From NCBI GenBank assembly GCA_040386515.1, contig JAZKFG010000002.1, positions 15,074-79,073 of the forward strand: a stretch of DNA of 64,000 bases. The letters run 5' to 3'. Under the pieces are notes generated by a model. It saw only the letters and a program-made list of their open reading frames with translations. It was not told where the DNA came from and ran no database searches. A program made the translations under genes and the position numbers. Shown here piece by piece: positions 45,848 through 56,001 of the stretch (the stretch's first letter is position 1; every line of letters starts with the position of its first letter). Origin of the DNA: Patescibacteria group bacterium (GTDB lineage Bacteria; Patescibacteriota; Minisyncoccia; Phycocordibacterales; CAIZLB01).

Positions 45848-45899
45848 GTTGATGTGCTTGGGTAGGTGGTGGTTGTGAGGGGGATACATTTCCTTACCT

Positions 45900-45945
45900 C
45901 TACTATTATATTATAGCACTTTTAGACATAAAAAGCAAGTATGTA
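45900..45945 (-). promoter_or_regulatory. sigma70-like promoter (TTGCTT-17 nt-TATAAT on minus strand) driving the GC-rich lipoprotein gene
   Basis: Minus strand reads acTTGCTTtttatgtctaaaagtgcTATAATataat. The AT-rich promoter abuts the GC-rich CDS. Confidence 0.45.
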
Positions 45946-46050
45946 CCCCTCATTTAACCCCTAAAACTAGCCCATACCCCACAAAACCCCAATAAACAAG
46001 GGCTTTTTTGGACGATATAGCCAAATGAGTAATCATGGTATACTTTTTAC

Positions 46051-47106
46051 ATGAATATACAAACACTGCACGAAACTATTGAAAAAATATTCCAGCCTAA
46101 GAAAGGGGTATTGGCAGCTGACGAAAGTCCAGCCTCTATTCATAAGAGATTTGAAGCTCTAGGAATACCATTAACAGAAGAGAATAGATTGGGGTATAGA
46201 ACAGCTATTGTAGGAACTCCGAATCTGAGCAATCAGATCAGTGGAATTATATTTCAAGACGAGACTTTTAGACAAACTATTGACGGCAAAACATTTGCAG
46301 AATACTGTACTGAACATGGTATTGTTCCAGGTATAAAAGTTGATAAAGGACTTATTGATTTGCCAAATTTTCCAGGAGAAAAATTAACACTTGGACTTGA
46401 TGGATTAAAAGAAAGAATGGAAGAATATTATGCGCTTGGAGCTCGATTCTGCAAATGGCGAGCAGTAGTTGATGTGCATGCATCAACAGAAGAGGGTATC
46501 GCAGCAAACATGAGAAACCTCGCGCTCTATGCTTCTATTGCACAGCAAGCTGGAATTGTGCCAATGGTTGAACCAGAAGTATTGTATGACGGAACACATT
46601 TTATGCATGAGACAAAAGAAAAAATGCTGTACACTCTTACTCATCTTTTTGGTGAATTGGCTTTGTATAAAGTTGATATTACAGGAGTAATACTTAAAAC
46701 ATCTATGGTACTTCCTGGACTTAAGAGTGGGGAAGAAATTACTACAACTGAAGTTGCGCATGAGACAGCATTATTGCTTAGAACAACAGTACCTAAAAAT
46801 ATCGGAGGAGTTGTATTTCTTTCAGGAGGTCAGCAGCCAATTCAAGCATCAGAAAATCTTTCAGAAATAATGAAACTTCGACCATATGATTTTCCTATAA
46901 CATATTCATACTCACGAGCAATACAAGATCCAGTTCTGGCATATTTCTCAAAGCATATCAGTGATACTGATTTAACACCTGTACGAAATATATTAGTTGA
47001 TAGATTGGATATGAATACACTTTCGCTTACGGGAGAATATGAACAGTCAAAAGAAACAGGAATTTCAGCACATGTAGAGAAAGTTACAGGAAGTCAGGAT
47101 TTATAG
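46051..47106 (+). CDS. fba: fructose-bisphosphate aldolase, class I
   Basis: GVLAADESPASIHKRFEALGI...ENRLGYR and the Schiff-base lysine region resemble class I FBA. 351 aa. Confidence 0.75.
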   Translation: MNIQTLHETIEKIFQPKKGVLAADESPASIHKRFEALGIPLTEENRLGYRTAIVGTPNLSNQISGIIFQDETFRQTIDGKTFAEYCTEHGIVPGIKVDKGLIDLPNFPGEKLTLGLDGLKERMEEYYALGARFCKWRAVVDVHASTEEGIAANMRNLALYASIAQQAGIVPMVEPEVLYDGTHFMHETKEKMLYTLTHLFGELALYKVDITGVILKTSMVLPGLKSGEEITTTEVAHETALLLRTTVPKNIGGVVFLSGGQQPIQASENLSEIMKLRPYDFPITYSYSRAIQDPVLAYFSKHISDTDLTPVRNILVDRLDMNTLSLTGEYEQSKETGISAHVEKVTGSQDL

Positions 47107-47138
47107 AATTTACAAAATAACTCAAAAAACATAATATA

Positions 47139-47930
47139 ATGCAAAAAAACCAAAAAATTATATTAACAATTATCGTCATCTTTTTCTTTGCTGCGTCAGT
47201 ATACTTTTTATCTGGAGGAATTCATAGAAATCCAGCTGTAGAAAATGAAGCAACTACGACGTTACCTGTTGCAAATGCTCTTAATATCAAAGTAGAAGCA
47301 TTGTCAGCATCATCAACTAATCTTGAATTACTTGTTGAATATCCTCAGATTACAAATGCTGCGCCCGAATCTGCTGCTGAAGGTATTAACGCACAGCTTA
47401 AAAAAGATGCTAAAGCTGAATATGATAGTGCTATGATTGATTTGAAAAAAGCACAAGCAGATCCTGCGACCGATGGAGCCGGATGGGATGTTATTTTTCA
47501 AAAGAAGTTAATCAAAGATAAAACATATACAAACAACGAAACAGGCATATTGTCTGTTGCATACACAGGATATCAGGATACAGGAGGGGCACATGGAACA
47601 CCTTTTTACATGTCACAAACTATTGATACAAAATCAAGTAATACATTAACTCTAAAAGATTTATTGAAAGGTGATTATGAAGCTGCAATTATCAAAGAAG
47701 TTGATAGTCAAATCAGAAGTGCAGCATCAACATGTCTTAGATGTGATCAGTTGGCAGGAGATTTGCAGGACTTGAAAGCGTTTGTTCCGGAATCATTTGT
47801 TTTAAGTGATCAAGGTATTACATTTTTGTTTGGATCATATGACTTGGGATCTTATGCATCAACTGCTGGTGGACAAGAAGTCTTTATTGATAAGGAATTC
47901 TTGGCCCCATATATTCTTCGAAATTGGTAA
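47139..47930 (+). CDS. DUF4163/DUF3298 domain protein (RsiV/PdaC-like extracytoplasmic module)
   Basis: N-terminal TM helix. Contains the YTGYQDTGGAHG motif characteristic of DUF3298. Confidence 0.6.
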   Translation: MQKNQKIILTIIVIFFFAASVYFLSGGIHRNPAVENEATTTLPVANALNIKVEALSASSTNLELLVEYPQITNAAPESAAEGINAQLKKDAKAEYDSAMIDLKKAQADPATDGAGWDVIFQKKLIKDKTYTNNETGILSVAYTGYQDTGGAHGTPFYMSQTIDTKSSNTLTLKDLLKGDYEAAIIKEVDSQIRSAASTCLRCDQLAGDLQDLKAFVPESFVLSDQGITFLFGSYDLGSYASTAGGQEVFIDKEFLAPYILRNW

Positions 47931-47962
47931 TTGTCTTACATGAAGTATGGTAATATTTTAGT

Positions 47963-48709
47963 ATGCGTTTATTTCTTGCTTACACAGCACTATTGATAGG
48001 CATTGTGTTTCTTCAGTCACGCACTGGAGGAACTATTAATGCTGACATGGTTGTAGTTGCAACATCAACTCCTGTTGCAACGTCTTCGTTGGTTTATAAA
48101 GACTTTAAACTTAAAGTTCCATATTATCATCAGCAATATCCAAACAGCTGTGAAGCTGCGTCCCTTAGAATGGCTTTGGCATATAAAGGAATTTTGAAAA
48201 ATGATATACAGATAGTTACTCAATTTACATATAAACCTACAATTAAAGATTATAAAAATAATATTTGGACAGATCCTCAGAAACAGTATGTGGGATTTGT
48301 TGATATTGCAGGACGGCCAAATGGTGGATATGGCGTGTACGGTTTGCCAGTATTAAAGGCTGTTCAGGCTTTTGGCAGAACTGGTGAATATGCTACAGGA
48401 ACTGCTATAACAGCTCAGTTCTTGACAAAAGAACTTGATGCAAAAAACCCTGTTGTTATTTGGGGTTATACATCGTTTAGAGAGGCTCCATATACATGGA
48501 AGACTACTGATGGGACAATTGTTAAAGCAATGCAAGGGGAGCATGCACGGCTTGTTGTGGGGTATAAAGGAACTGCAGCAAAGCCTGTAGGATTTTATGT
48601 ACATGATCCCTTTACAGGAAAGGCTAATGAATATTGGACAACAGCAAAGCTTATGGATCATATGCAGAAAGTGCCAGGGGTGACGGATCAGGCTGTAACC
48701 GTTCGATAA
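47963..48709 (+). CDS. peptidase C39-like (YvpB family) secreted protein
   Basis: Signal peptide. VPYYHQQYPNSCEAASLRMALAYKGI contains the catalytic Cys context of C39-like/YvpB proteins. Confidence 0.6.
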   Translation: MRLFLAYTALLIGIVFLQSRTGGTINADMVVVATSTPVATSSLVYKDFKLKVPYYHQQYPNSCEAASLRMALAYKGILKNDIQIVTQFTYKPTIKDYKNNIWTDPQKQYVGFVDIAGRPNGGYGVYGLPVLKAVQAFGRTGEYATGTAITAQFLTKELDAKNPVVIWGYTSFREAPYTWKTTDGTIVKAMQGEHARLVVGYKGTAAKPVGFYVHDPFTGKANEYWTTAKLMDHMQKVPGVTDQAVTVR

Positions 48710-48739
48710 GTGTCTTAAATTTTGTGATATCATACCAGT

Positions 48740-49942
48740 ATGATCATCATCCTTATCATTCAATCAATTCTTTTAGCCCTTCTTTTAATCCTTTTTGTAT
48801 TGCGGAGCAATAAGAAAACAGTAGTTGTAGAAGATCCGAATATTGCCAATATGGTTAAAGACCTTGAGCGTCTCGAGACTGTGTTTAAGGATGAAATGTC
48901 ACGTAATCGTCTTGAGACAAGTAGTGGACAGAAGGATATTCGAACAGAAATCAATCAGAACTTGACGAGCACATTGACAACACTGACTCAGTCAGTGGAG
49001 CAAAAGCTTACTTCACTTCAACAGGACAACTCGCAAAAGCTTGATCGTATGCGAGAAACAGTAGATGAAAAATTGCACGCTACGCTGGAGAAAAGATTTG
49101 GTGAGTCATTTAAGCTTGTGTCTGACAGATTGGATCAAGTGCATAAAGGTCTGGGAGAAATGCAAACAATTGCAATCGGTGTGGGGGATTTGAAAAAAGT
49201 ATTAAGTAATATTAAGACTCGAGGTAGTTGGGGAGAGGCACAGCTTGGAAATCTTATAGAGGAAATTATGACTACTGAGCAATACGGAGTGCAGGTGAAG
49301 ACAAAGAAGAACAGTGCAGACAGGGTGGATTATGCTATCAAGCTTCCGGGAAGCGGAGAGAAGGATCATATTTGGCTCCCTATTGATGCTAAGTTTCCAA
49401 TAGAGGATTATCAGAGATTGATTGAAGCGGAGGATACTGGTGATCTTGCAGCTATTGAACTCAATAGAAAACAGCTAGAAACTCGCATCAAAGACGAAGC
49501 AAAAAAGATTCATACAAAATATATAGACACTCCATTTACAACAGACTTTGGTATTTTATTTGTGCCAATCGAAAGTTTGTATGGAGAAATTCTTCGAATA
49601 CCTGGATTGTTCGAATTTATCAGACGAGAATATAAGGTAATCATTACTGGGCCTACAACTATTCAGGCAATACTTAATAGTTTGAATATGGGATTTAGAA
49701 CACTTGCTATACAGAAGAGATCAAGTGAAGTGTGGGATATTTTAAATGGGGTAAAGACAGAGTTTGGAAAGTTTGGAGATATTCTTGAGAAGACACATAA
49801 AAAGTTACAAGAAGCAGGGAACACTATTGAAAGTGCAATGGTCCGAAGTCGAGCTATTGAGAAAAAGTTGGGTAAGGCTGGTGATGCACCAGAGTTGGCT
49901 GAAGCTGAGGTTGATATCAAGGAGATAGTTGAGATTGACTAG
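48740..49942 (+). CDS. rmuC: DNA recombination protein RmuC
   Basis: N-terminal TM helix, long coiled coil, C-terminal RmuC nuclease-like region (KTRGSWGEAQLGNLIEE). Confidence 0.7.
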   Translation: MIIILIIQSILLALLLILFVLRSNKKTVVVEDPNIANMVKDLERLETVFKDEMSRNRLETSSGQKDIRTEINQNLTSTLTTLTQSVEQKLTSLQQDNSQKLDRMRETVDEKLHATLEKRFGESFKLVSDRLDQVHKGLGEMQTIAIGVGDLKKVLSNIKTRGSWGEAQLGNLIEEIMTTEQYGVQVKTKKNSADRVDYAIKLPGSGEKDHIWLPIDAKFPIEDYQRLIEAEDTGDLAAIELNRKQLETRIKDEAKKIHTKYIDTPFTTDFGILFVPIESLYGEILRIPGLFEFIRREYKVIITGPTTIQAILNSLNMGFRTLAIQKRSSEVWDILNGVKTEFGKFGDILEKTHKKLQEAGNTIESAMVRSRAIEKKLGKAGDAPELAEAEVDIKEIVEID

Positions 49943-49977
49943 CTTGTGACTCAAGATTATGATGCTATACTAACCTT

Positions 49978-50253
49978 ATGGAACAAGCTACAACACTTGC
50001 ACACGCAAATACATTCTTTTTTATCACAACTATCGCGGTAGTAGTACTTATAGTCATTCTTCTCGTAATACTGTATGTTGTATACAGAGTCTCAAAATTC
50101 ATCAAACATGCTATGGTCCGAGTCGACAGCCTACTTGACAAAGCTGGAGATTCTGTTGAAGAGAGCTCAACAAGCAAGAAAGTCATGCCATATGTACTTC
50201 CAATACTAGGCTATTTCTTCAACAAGAAAAGCTCGCATAAAAAGAAAATGTGA
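49978..50253 (+). CDS. DUF948-like membrane protein (YtxG-like)
   Basis: One TM helix plus an amphipathic helix. Adjacent to a YtxH-like gene, as in Firmicutes ytxGH. Confidence 0.45.
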   Translation: MEQATTLAHANTFFFITTIAVVVLIVILLVILYVVYRVSKFIKHAMVRVDSLLDKAGDSVEESSTSKKVMPYVLPILGYFFNKKSSHKKKM

Positions 50254-50265
50254 TATAATTTAGAT

Positions 50266-50706
50266 ATGACAAACACATCATCAAACAAAACACAAACAAC
50301 AACCGGAGAGAAGGTGATTATCGGAGCAGGTATTACTGGACTTCTTGTTGCTGCAACATTAGGAGCTAAATTTCTTTTCAATACAAAAAAAGGAAAGCAG
50401 AGCCTAAAACATATTAAAAGTTGGGCTTTCAAAATGAAAGGCGAAGTTCTAGAAAAACTAGAGCGAGCAAAAGAAATTAACGAAGAAACTTATAACAAAG
50501 TAGTTGAAGAACTAGGAGAGAAATATAAAAAAATTAAAGGAATGACTCTGGATGAAGTAGCTGAAGTTGTTCAAGAATTAAAAGGACAATGGAAATCTGT
50601 TCATGCAGAAGTTAAGAAAACATTAAAAGGATCAAATGCGAAACCAAAATCAAAATCACCAGCAAAACCAAAGACCGCAAAGACAAGTGCCGCAAAAGCA
50701 AAATAA
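50266..50706 (+). CDS. YtxH-like protein (DUF948 family), Lys-rich tail
   Basis: VIIGAGITGLLVAATLGAKFLF N-terminal segment, coiled coil, KPKSKSPAKPKTAK tail. Confidence 0.5.
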   Translation: MTNTSSNKTQTTTGEKVIIGAGITGLLVAATLGAKFLFNTKKGKQSLKHIKSWAFKMKGEVLEKLERAKEINEETYNKVVEELGEKYKKIKGMTLDEVAEVVQELKGQWKSVHAEVKKTLKGSNAKPKSKSPAKPKTAKTSAAKAK

Positions 50707-51484
50707 TACTTCTTGGGGAAATGTTTCTTCTTGGTATGATGAATATCTTCAAGACGAAGATACGTATCAAGCAAAGGTCATAGCACCAAATCTCATCCGC
50801 CTACTCAACGTAGACGGTTTTGAGTCTAAGGATAAGGTAGTTGAGCTTGGATGTGGACAAGGATATTTTATGCAGCGTGTGCTTGATGTTGTGCCACGAG
50901 GTGTGCATATATCTTTTGAAGGTATAGATATTTCAAGTGAATTACTTAGTATTGCACAGAAGAATTTGGGAAATGATGTGACCCTAACTCAATCTGATGC
51001 TGCTAAGCTCACGTCATTAAAAGATACAAGTGTTGATCTTATGTACTCTGTTTTGGCTCTCCAAAATATGAGTGATTTAAGTGCGGTGGTAGGGGAAATA
51101 AAAAGAGTATTAAAAAAAGATGGTAGATTTATTGGAGTGATAAACCACCCGGCTTTTCGTATCCCTAAGCAAAGTGATTGGTATTTTGATTCAAATCGAA
51201 ATGCACAAGGAAGAGTTGTGTATACATATATGTCTGAAAAGAGATTTGCTATTGATATGCATCCAGGAAAGACTGCAGAAGGAGCAAAGAGGGAAGAAAC
51301 CTTTTCATTTCATCATCCTCTACAGTTTTATGTGAAAGCTTTTGCAAAGCATGGATTAGCCATAACACGTCTTGAAGAGTGGATTTCTCATAAAGTGAGC
51401 GAAGAAGGTCCTAAAAAGCGTATGGAAGACGAATCAAGAAAGGAAATACCAATGTTTATGTGCATTGAAATTAAAGGTATTTAG
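50636..51484 (+). CDS. class I SAM-dependent methyltransferase
   Basis: Motif I VVELGCGQGYF. ATG at 50636 overlaps the upstream gene by about 70 nt. An in-frame GTG at 50687 is an alternative start. Confidence 0.6.
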   Translation: MRNQNQNHQQNQRPQRQVPQKQNNTSWGNVSSWYDEYLQDEDTYQAKVIAPNLIRLLNVDGFESKDKVVELGCGQGYFMQRVLDVVPRGVHISFEGIDISSELLSIAQKNLGNDVTLTQSDAAKLTSLKDTSVDLMYSVLALQNMSDLSAVVGEIKRVLKKDGRFIGVINHPAFRIPKQSDWYFDSNRNAQGRVVYTYMSEKRFAIDMHPGKTAEGAKREETFSFHHPLQFYVKAFAKHGLAITRLEEWISHKVSEEGPKKRMEDESRKEIPMFMCIEIKGI

Positions 51485-51532
51485 CCGGAATTTTCATTTA
51501 CAAGCCTTTAAAATAAGTATATATTATACCTA

Positions 51533-52459
51533 ATGTCTAGCTTCATCCGCTATGTTACATATCTGCTGGTTATATTATTGTGCTTATTTCTGTTGCAGAA
51601 GAATGGTGTTAATGTAAAAGATGGAATAGGAAAAGGTAGTGATAGGATTCGTTCATTTATATACAATGTGAAAGAAGATATTGATTCGGGCAAAACTAAT
51701 GCAACTACAAGTACTTCAACAGATACTCTGATTAAGGGAATAAGTACAAGCACAATAAAAGGATATACAGGCACAGGAAGCAAAAATATCAATAAAATTG
51801 ATACAGGCATGAGTGTTGCGGGTGTATTAAAGTACACAAACATTGAGCGCGTGAAAAATGGATTAAAACCGTTAGCATTAAATACAAAACTTTCAAACTC
51901 TGCAATTGCAAAAGTTGATGATATGTTCACGTTTCAGTATTTTGAGCACACATCCCCAGAAGGAAAAACCGCTGCTGATTTAGTGAGATCGCAAGGATAT
52001 AACTTCCAAAGCGTAGGTGAGAACTTGGCGCTTGGTGATTTTGGAAATGATAAAAACCTTGTTGATGCATGGATGAATAGTCCACTACATAGAAAGAATA
52101 TTCTTAACCCGCGATTCACTGAAATCGGTCTTGGTGTAGCTAAGGGAATGTATAATGGGGAAACGCAGTGGCTTGCTGTGCAGCATTTCGGTAGACCTGT
52201 GCCTGTATGTCCTGAAGTATCAGAAATGCTCAAAGGAAATGTTGATGCAGAAAAAAACAGTCTTGAACTAGAAGAAGCAGCCCTTAAAAAAATGGCAGAT
52301 GAAATTGAAGCTGATCCTAATCAGAACAAATCAAAAGAATTTCTTGATGCATACAATGCAAGAGTGGCAACATACAATGCACGTCTTGGGACTTTACGAG
52401 ATATGATCAAAGAATACAACACTAAAGTTGATGTATATAACGCTTGCTTAACTTCTTAG
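51533..52459 (+). CDS. CAP (SCP/PR-1-like) domain secreted protein with coiled-coil tail
   Basis: YFEHTSPEG...GENLALG...VDAWMNSPLHRKNIL...IGLGV follows CAP domain signatures. Signal/TM N-terminus. Confidence 0.6.
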   Translation: MSSFIRYVTYLLVILLCLFLLQKNGVNVKDGIGKGSDRIRSFIYNVKEDIDSGKTNATTSTSTDTLIKGISTSTIKGYTGTGSKNINKIDTGMSVAGVLKYTNIERVKNGLKPLALNTKLSNSAIAKVDDMFTFQYFEHTSPEGKTAADLVRSQGYNFQSVGENLALGDFGNDKNLVDAWMNSPLHRKNILNPRFTEIGLGVAKGMYNGETQWLAVQHFGRPVPVCPEVSEMLKGNVDAEKNSLELEEAALKKMADEIEADPNQNKSKEFLDAYNARVATYNARLGTLRDMIKEYNTKVDVYNACLTS

Positions 52460-52461
52460 GC

Positions 52462-53562
52462 TTATATAAAGAATAGAGCAATAAGACCGAATACATATGG
52501 AACAATTCTTCCTGCTCGAAAAACGAGCAATGCGAATGCGTCTCTTTCATTTACATGCTTGTAAAATAATCCTTCTGTTGCAATTTCGATAAGACTGCAG
52601 CCTACTCGACTGATAAAGAGAAATAGAGCAAGCCATAGAAAGCTGTTATTCATATCGGGAGTTACGCACAAACTAATAACTGTAAATACAATCGTTGTAC
52701 ATAATCCCCAGCCAAAGACCTTCTTTTCATTGTGCTGTCTGTCTTCCATTGAGCCAAAGGGAATTTGAAGTAGGATGAAAGGTACTACGGTGATTGCAAG
52801 AAGTATACCGATTTTATCCCAATCAAATCCAAAATATGAATGTAAATAAATAGGCAAGAGTACGCCGGTTATCGCATAGTATAAATGAAGCGTTGATTGA
52901 ATTAGGAATGATTTTCTATCAAGCTTGTCTGACCAAAAGTTCATAATTTTTTGAGTAAGAGTCAATGAATCTATATTCTTTGAAAGCGGAGCAGTATCAG
53001 GATCTTGCAAATAAATATACACGAAAAATATAAACGGCAATAAAAGAAGAAAGGAGATTGCATACACAATAGGAAGGCTCTGCTCACGTAGGCTACTTAA
53101 CAATAGGGGAACAATAACAAATGGTGTATTCCACATTGTAAGGTATATACCTCTTCCTCGGCCTCTATCTTCAGCATGAATATAGCTTTCAAACAAAATA
53201 TCAAGGTTATAGAGCATATAAGGGGTAATAAGATGATGTAGACAGAAGGCTGTAACAAATAGCACTGGTTGAACATGAATACTGGCCGCATACATTGTTG
53301 CAAGGCAAACCATTTCAATCAATGTAAATATATACATATTTGATCGAGTCTTCTGTATTTTTTTGCTCGATAAAAGGAGAAAAACAACAACGCCAAAAAG
53401 AGATGCGATACCATAAATAATCAAAACTTGAAGTACTGAAAATTTAAACAAATATGTCAAAATAGATGAGTTGGCAAAATACACAAACACATAATGAAGT
53501 GCGAGAAAAAATATTGAAAGATAAAGTGCGGTATGAACTCTAAGTGGTATGTACTTTTGCAT
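52462..53562 (-). CDS. multi-pass membrane transporter (MFS-like)
   Basis: 366 aa with about ten or eleven TM helices. Confidence 0.45.
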   Translation of the reverse strand: MQKYIPLRVHTALYLSIFFLALHYVFVYFANSSILTYLFKFSVLQVLIIYGIASLFGVVVFLLLSSKKIQKTRSNMYIFTLIEMVCLATMYAASIHVQPVLFVTAFCLHHLITPYMLYNLDILFESYIHAEDRGRGRGIYLTMWNTPFVIVPLLLSSLREQSLPIVYAISFLLLLPFIFFVYIYLQDPDTAPLSKNIDSLTLTQKIMNFWSDKLDRKSFLIQSTLHLYYAITGVLLPIYLHSYFGFDWDKIGILLAITVVPFILLQIPFGSMEDRQHNEKKVFGWGLCTTIVFTVISLCVTPDMNNSFLWLALFLFISRVGCSLIEIATEGLFYKHVNERDAFALLVFRAGRIVPYVFGLIALFFI

Positions 53563-53645
53563 GAGGATAATTATAGCTCGAAAACATTCAACTTCCCACT
53601 AATGAAAAAATACAAAATAAAATCGCCCACTTTTTGAAAAAATAT

Positions 53646-53693
53646 ACAACAAAAAAACGGCATTAGTGATGGACTGCCGCATTTTTTGTTGTA
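53646..53693 (-). terminator. hairpin terminator after dsbA-like gene
   Basis: acaacaaaaaaacggca-ttagtgatggac-tgccgcattttttgttgt. Confidence 0.55.
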
Positions 53694-53701
53694 TGTTTTT
53701 A

Positions 53702-54481
53702 TTATTTCGTAGCCAACATCTGATCTATAATCTTCTTCATTACATCGTAAGGAAGAGCTCCGAGACCTTGACCTTGTTCATTTACAAGAGGAATGTTTTC
53801 ACCTTTGAATTGAATAACAGTATACGGTGTACCTGCTGCGCCTGCTTTTGCTCCAGCATCATATGATGCTTTTACTTTTTCAGCATATTTTCCACTATCG
53901 ATACATGCTTTCATCTTAGCTTTATCAAGTCCTACTTTGGCTGCAAGATCAGGAAGAGTTGCAGGATCTAAACCATCATTAGATTTTGTAGTTGCATAAA
54001 TCTCATCTATATATTTCCAGAATGCATCTTTACCTCCAAGTTCTGTTGCACACTCTGTTGCTTCAGCTTCTTTGGCTGCATACTTATGAAGTACTTGGTC
54101 TCCATATGAAAGAGGGAAATGTCGATATACCCAAACAACTTGCTTATTTGAACCATATTCAGCAAAAATCTTTTTCATTGTCTCGTGATACACTTTACAG
54201 AATGGACACTCAGTATCTGAGTATTCAATGATTGCGATTTTTGCATCTTTATCTCCTCGTAAATGATCTTCATCTGTAACTTTGGCAACTTCTATTTCTG
54301 GAGCCTGTAGGGCGCCATTAATAAGATCTTTACCATTACTTGCTGTAGTATCAGATCCTTTTTTTTCACTTGCATAAACTCCAAATGCAATAAGGGCTCC
54401 TGCAATTAGAATTGAAAGTGGCATGATAAGCTGCTTCATGTCAAAAGGTTTTTGTGTTTGATTGTGTGTTGTTTGTTCCAT
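53702..54481 (-). CDS. DsbA-family thiol:disulfide oxidoreductase
   Basis: N-terminal TM anchor. Thioredoxin-fold active site CPFC (YSDTECPFCKVYH). Confidence 0.65.
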   Translation of the reverse strand: MEQTTHNQTQKPFDMKQLIMPLSILIAGALIAFGVYASEKKGSDTTASNGKDLINGALQAPEIEVAKVTDEDHLRGDKDAKIAIIEYSDTECPFCKVYHETMKKIFAEYGSNKQVVWVYRHFPLSYGDQVLHKYAAKEAEATECATELGGKDAFWKYIDEIYATTKSNDGLDPATLPDLAAKVGLDKAKMKACIDSGKYAEKVKASYDAGAKAGAAGTPYTVIQFKGENIPLVNEQGQGLGALPYDVMKKIIDQMLATK

Positions 54482-54520
54482 TTGGAAATTATATCAAATA
54501 TAACCCAAATAGTGCCACTT

Positions 54521-55102
54521 TTAAAAAGGCAAACTGTATGTCATACGCACGTCTTGCTCAAGTGATTGTTCCCATTGTCTAGTGTCTAAGGGTACAACAC
54601 GCTTGTCCTTATTGTCCATATAATAGAGCTTTTGCTCTTTCATGGCATATTCGTATACATCTTTTGTTACTTCAACATCCATCATGCAATAATCAATAAT
54701 TTTCTGAATTTCACCCTTTTTCCACCATGTTATTGCCTCAAGTCCATTTCCTGATTTTCCTTTATCTAGCGTTGCTTGGGCAACTGAATCAAGTCCAACA
54801 CGTCGTCCAATAACTTTCTGAATTTCTTTAAGTAAATCTACGTGTCTAAATTTTGTTAAATCGCCGTTGTAATATTTATTTAAAATAGGAAGGTCAAAAT
54901 GATCACCATTATATGTGACAAGTAAATCTGCTGCTTCAAGAATTGGCCAAAGGGTAGGGAGTGTTTCAATAGTATAACTTGAGTACTTTTTTGTATCAGA
55001 TTCATAAATACACATAATTGACATATCGAGTGCTGTTGGGTCATTGCTTCCTGCCATGGCGAATGTATTCTGTGTTTCGATATCGAGTATTACTTTTTTC
55101 AT
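54521..55102 (-). CDS. RNase H-like 3'-5' exonuclease (YprB/PolB-exo-like)
   Basis: ILDIETQ (Exo I) and TYNGDHFDLPIL (Exo II), with a DEDD-like arrangement. Confidence 0.5.
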   Translation of the reverse strand: MKKVILDIETQNTFAMAGSNDPTALDMSIMCIYESDTKKYSSYTIETLPTLWPILEAADLLVTYNGDHFDLPILNKYYNGDLTKFRHVDLLKEIQKVIGRRVGLDSVAQATLDKGKSGNGLEAITWWKKGEIQKIIDYCMMDVEVTKDVYEYAMKEQKLYYMDNKDKRVVPLDTRQWEQSLEQDVRMTYSLPF

Positions 55103-55140
55103 AAGAATTATCTTAGCATAAATTATGATAGTATAGGATT

Positions 55141-55998
55141 ATGTCTATAGAATCGGGACCAGGGAATAAGAACTGTGTATATAAGGCTAAAATACTAACT
55201 GCAGAAGAGTATGTAAATCTTCCGTATATCCGTGAAAAAGCACTAGGTCATGTTTTTAAACTTGAAAAGGGAAATAAAAAACTTTTTTATGTTGGAACAA
55301 TGCACACCAATAAGCCAGAAAATCCTTTATTTAGGGAAATAAAGAATGAATTCAATACTTTGCAGCCTGAAATAGTAATGCTTGAAGGAAGAAGATATAT
55401 TAATACTGAAAAAGAGAATTATCGAAATTACTATAAAGATAAAACTCTGGAGGAAACTATTGGGGAAGGTGAACCGACATTTACACTCAAACTTGCTGTC
55501 GATGCGGGAATTGACTTTGAATCTCCAGAACCAAGTCAACGTAAAGAAATACAACATTTAGTCGATCTCGGATATTCTCAGGTTGATATACACAGATATT
55601 ATGCATATAGAAATATTTATCAATTTTTACGAGAAAATTCTCCAAGTACAATAAGTGCATGCAAAGAATATGTGCAAAAGTTTATGGTCAATTTTAGGAT
55701 TAGAAGCGGTTGGAATGAAGAATTATTGAATGAATTAGATGCAAATATACTTGCAGAAATTGGAACAGGGGATAATAAACGGTTTTCGATAGGTTCGGAT
55801 CCAACACCTTGGCCTGGAGAAGAATATCCAATTACAGGCCAGATTGCTGCAGCATCTGGTCAATTTCGCGACGAATATATGGTTGAGGAGGTTATTCGTG
55901 CATTACAAAAATACGATAAAGTATTTATTGTCTACGGTGCATATCATGCACTAGTTCAAGAACCAGCTCTTCGAGCTTATTTTGACGATATGGAATAA
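55141..55998 (+). CDS. TraB/GumN-family-like hypothetical protein
   Basis: LFYVGTMHT resembles the TraB/GumN GTxH motif. 285 aa. Confidence 0.3.
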   Translation: MSIESGPGNKNCVYKAKILTAEEYVNLPYIREKALGHVFKLEKGNKKLFYVGTMHTNKPENPLFREIKNEFNTLQPEIVMLEGRRYINTEKENYRNYYKDKTLEETIGEGEPTFTLKLAVDAGIDFESPEPSQRKEIQHLVDLGYSQVDIHRYYAYRNIYQFLRENSPSTISACKEYVQKFMVNFRIRSGWNEELLNELDANILAEIGTGDNKRFSIGSDPTPWPGEEYPITGQIAAASGQFRDEYMVEEVIRALQKYDKVFIVYGAYHALVQEPALRAYFDDME

Positions 55999-56001
55999 TG
56001 C

